In this document: positions 60,996 to 64,000 of the stretch, one piece after another
How positions within the stretch are numbered: the stretch's first letter is position 1
Layout of the letters: every line of letters starts with the position of its first letter
NCBI GenBank assembly: GCA_977020255.1
Contig: CDROCS010001239.1
Location: 248,001-312,000, forward strand
DNA: 64,000 nt
Origin: Obrimoposthia wandeli
Taxonomy: Eukaryota
Reading direction: 5' to 3'
Notes under the pieces: generated by a model
The model's database searches: none
The model's input: only the letters and a program-made list of their open reading frames with translations
What the model was told of the DNA's origin: nothing
Program-made: the position numbers and the translations under genes

Positions 60996-62225
60996 ATGAG
61001 TTGCGCCAAAACAGACTTGTGTATTTTTTATAAACTGCTTCCACAAGTAGTTGTAGATAATGCTTCCTTTGAAGAAATATTTCTAGTTAACTCAGTTTCA
61101 GGAACCACTTTAACCGATTTAGAATTTAATATTAATGGTTCCAATAGCGACTATTTAGATTTGAGTGATACTTTGCTTTATGTTCAAATAAAAGTATTAA
61201 ATTAGGATGGTACTAATTTAGATGAAAATGCCGATGTAACACCTGTAAATTATCTCTTTAATTATTTATTTAATGATGCCATTGTTACTCTTAATAATGT
61301 CAAAATTGAAGGTGGAAATTCTTCCTATGCTCATAAAGCTTTGATTGAAAGTCTATTGAATTATAGTACTGATACTCAAAATACTAAATTGGCAACCATT
61401 GGTTATAATAAAACGGTTGCAACTCGCAAAAAATGGATTGCAGGTTCTAAAGCTTACGAAATGTGTGGGTCTTTGAGATTGAATTTCTTTGTACAACCGT
61501 AATATTTAGTTCCCGGTGTTAATGTACATCTTCGTTTGAAACGTAATAAATTGAATTTTTCTTTGATAAGCACAGACGTTTTAAAACCTAGACTTGATAT
61601 TTTGGATGCAAAATTGTATGTCCGAAGAGTTAAAACCGAGCAATCAGTTTTAATGGCACATAATATAGGAATGGAAAAAAACAATGCTTGTTATCCTATT
61701 AGAGAAACTAAACTTATATCCTATTCTTTAGGTACGGGTACACAAGCTTTTAATAAGGATAAAATTTTTGATGATGTAAGATTACCGAAATTCATTTTAA
61801 TTTCTTTTCAAAAAACTTAAATGTTTCTAGGAAATTATACGACAGATGCAACTCAATTTGACAATCTTAATGTAGGTTCAGTGACACTTTCAAGAAATAC
61901 TGATTATTGCGAAACATATCAAACAGATTTCGAAGGTAACGCTTATGCTTTGGCTAATACGCAATCTATTATTCGGAATTTGGGCCAACTAGATAAAAAT
62001 ATAAACAATGGTATTTCTTTCACTGAGTTTAAAAGCAGCTGCCCGTTCTTCAAATTTGTTTTGGCCCCAGACTTTGATATAAACCAATGCCAACTACCAA
62101 AGGATGGAAATTTACGACTAGAAATTAAGTTCAATGCAGCTTTAACACATCCTACTACGGTGCTTATTTACGGAGTATTTAATTCGGAAATACAAATCAA
62201 TAAAAACAGAACTGTCATATTATAG
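60996..62225 (+). pseudogene. Major capsid protein, multiple stops/frameshift
   Basis: Colinear with 3187-4416. Confidence 0.9.
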
Positions 62226-62226
62226 A

Positions 62227-62640
62227 ATGAAGTAAGTCATTTTTTAAAATTTATATTTATTCATTTTTATTTAGTTCAGTACAAGTACAAGAATCAGCAG
62301 AAAAGGTCTTGGGTGATAAATTCAATGGAGTTTATCGTATTGATATGATTCCATTTTTTCAACCTGGAGTTTACATTATCAATAATCATACTTCGAATTT
62401 AACAGGAGAACATTAGATAGCTATTTATGTTAGAAAGTGGACAATACATGTATTCGATCCACTTGCTACGTATTATCCACACAAACTGGTATTGACTGTA
62501 CAAAAAGGACGAAGTAGAGTATTTTACAACAAAGGATTCAATATCAGGATCCTACGACTAGAAACTGTGGACATTTATGTATTTTATGGTTATCGTTGCA
62601 AAACAATTAGTGTGTTATAAAAATAAAAAATTTAAATGTT
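62227..62640 (+). pseudogene. Adenain-like protease remnant
   Basis: Colinear with 4418-4815. Confidence 0.8.
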
Positions 62641-62929
62641 TTATTTTGAATTATTTTTTTAAATCTCTAATACGCATACGATTAATGTGTTATAATAATA
62701 AATATTTTTTAAAAACATGTTTTATTTTGATTTTTTTAAAACCCAACAAAATTAAAATATAAGGGTAAAATTATAAAAGACAGAAGACGAATTTTTTTTA
62801 ATACATTTATTAAACACAATATCACAACGAGATCTGTCAGCAAAGATATGGCCCAACCTAAAAAGTATTGAAATAACAAAAGTTAGAGTCAAGGTGCCAT
62901 AGGGATCTAAAATTTTAAAAAAAAATGAA

Positions 62930-64000
62930 AACCGTTTAAATTCAAAAGTGTCCATAAGCCAAGCTAGCATTATTTTTACCCAAAAGCGCTTGTCGTTATT
63001 ACTATTCAAAGCGTTTTATATTGATTTATGGGAATACAGTTGATGGGCTCTTGAAATAAATCTAGTTTGTTCAACGCTTTCAATACACCCAGTATCACAA
63101 ACTTTCCGGTAGGCCTCATGTGTAAAATTGTTTCTTCCCACACGCTTTGCTCTCATTAAACATGTATTATTAGATGCATGTAAACTGTAGCATTTAGGGC
63201 GTAGGAAAATACAATCATCATATGAAACCTGTCCCTCGCTTTCATCCTTAAATTTCCCGATAATATCCTTTAAACTCATAGAGTGTAGAGGATGGTTAAC
63301 GGAATATTTATGGGTATCAAGTAAGTTGTCCCTAAACATTGCCAGTAATAATTGATTATCTAAACTAACATTTTTACATTCTAAAAAGAAAGAGTCAGTG
63401 TCCCCAGCTGTGATTTTGATCTCAAAATTGAATTCTTGTCTATATTTCTCCAATTCTATGTATTGAAGCTCGTACATTCTGAGTTTAGAAATGTCTAAAA
63501 CCGTTTGACCTATATAACTCGGTCGATCGAGACAAATACTCTGTTTTCCTAATAACACTGCTACCAAGTCATATGCAATTGTAAAACTACGCTTGAAGTT
63601 GTACTTGCTAGTATATGTTATTATTTTAAGCTCATTATTGCAAAACCGTAGACAAATACGTTTCCGCAAGTCCTCTACAGTTTTTCCAAAGAGAACCTTT
63701 TAACTTGTAAAAATTCCGATCGAATTTTCTAGTGGGGCCAAATTACGTTTTCTAGAATTCTTCTCAATATAGTCTTTAAACACAAAGTTTTGACTGAAGC
63801 TTATAGCACGATGAATTCGAGTAACTTTTGCTCCCAACTTTTAGTAGAATTGAAGAAGCCGCCAATGCACCATATAATTTAACTTATCTTCATGTGTTAA
63901 CAATAATTTCTTAACCTTTGAATTAGGTGGGAATTGATGAACAGGCGCTAATGGAAGATCATCTAATTTATCATGGTCATTGGAAGGGATTTTTAAGTCA
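62930..64000 (-). pseudogene. pPolB C-terminal part
   Basis: GDTDSF, GKFKDE, LRPKCY, DKR; colinear with 5074-5810 plus extra upstream sequence. Confidence 0.92.

Larger units (their letters stand above)
55003..64000. mobile_element. Maverick copy 3, from left terminus; continues beyond window
   Basis: AGTAGGCGGATGTGTCCGGTC terminus at 55003, followed by the same gene order as copy 1. Confidence 0.93.

Overview
AT-rich eukaryotic (probably invertebrate) DNA made almost entirely of decayed mobile elements and viral relics. I found no recognisable host gene, rRNA, tRNA or CRISPR array. (1) Several copies and fragments of a Maverick/Polinton (adintovirus-like) element: copy 1 at 1-12634 (ATPase to right terminus), copy 3 at 55003-64000 (left terminus to pPolB), a terminus-plus-integrase derivative at 48913-50730, and older fragments, one with a different capsid/PLA2-like module. 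The left arm encodes a two-repeat TBP-like protein split by a 35-nt intron, and right-arm genes are restored by 38-68 nt GT-AG introns. An adjacent segment holds a disrupted BIR+RING IAP. (2) A group of LTR-like units ending TG...C(C)CAACA with 4-bp target-site duplications. Four of them carry type I hammerhead ribozymes about 100-130 nt from the 3' end. Four are related non-coding units, one nested in another. One (33947-37016) encloses a 2.85-kb cassette with a core/gag-like ORF and an RT-RNase H whose motifs resemble hepadnavirus polymerase, with no integrase or tyrosine recombinase; this is the most unusual item. (3) Remnants of BEL/Pao, R2/NeSL-like and mariner elements, hAT and Tc1-type MITEs, a ~600-bp palindrome and several tandem arrays. 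All alignments and family calls were made by eye; no database search was run.
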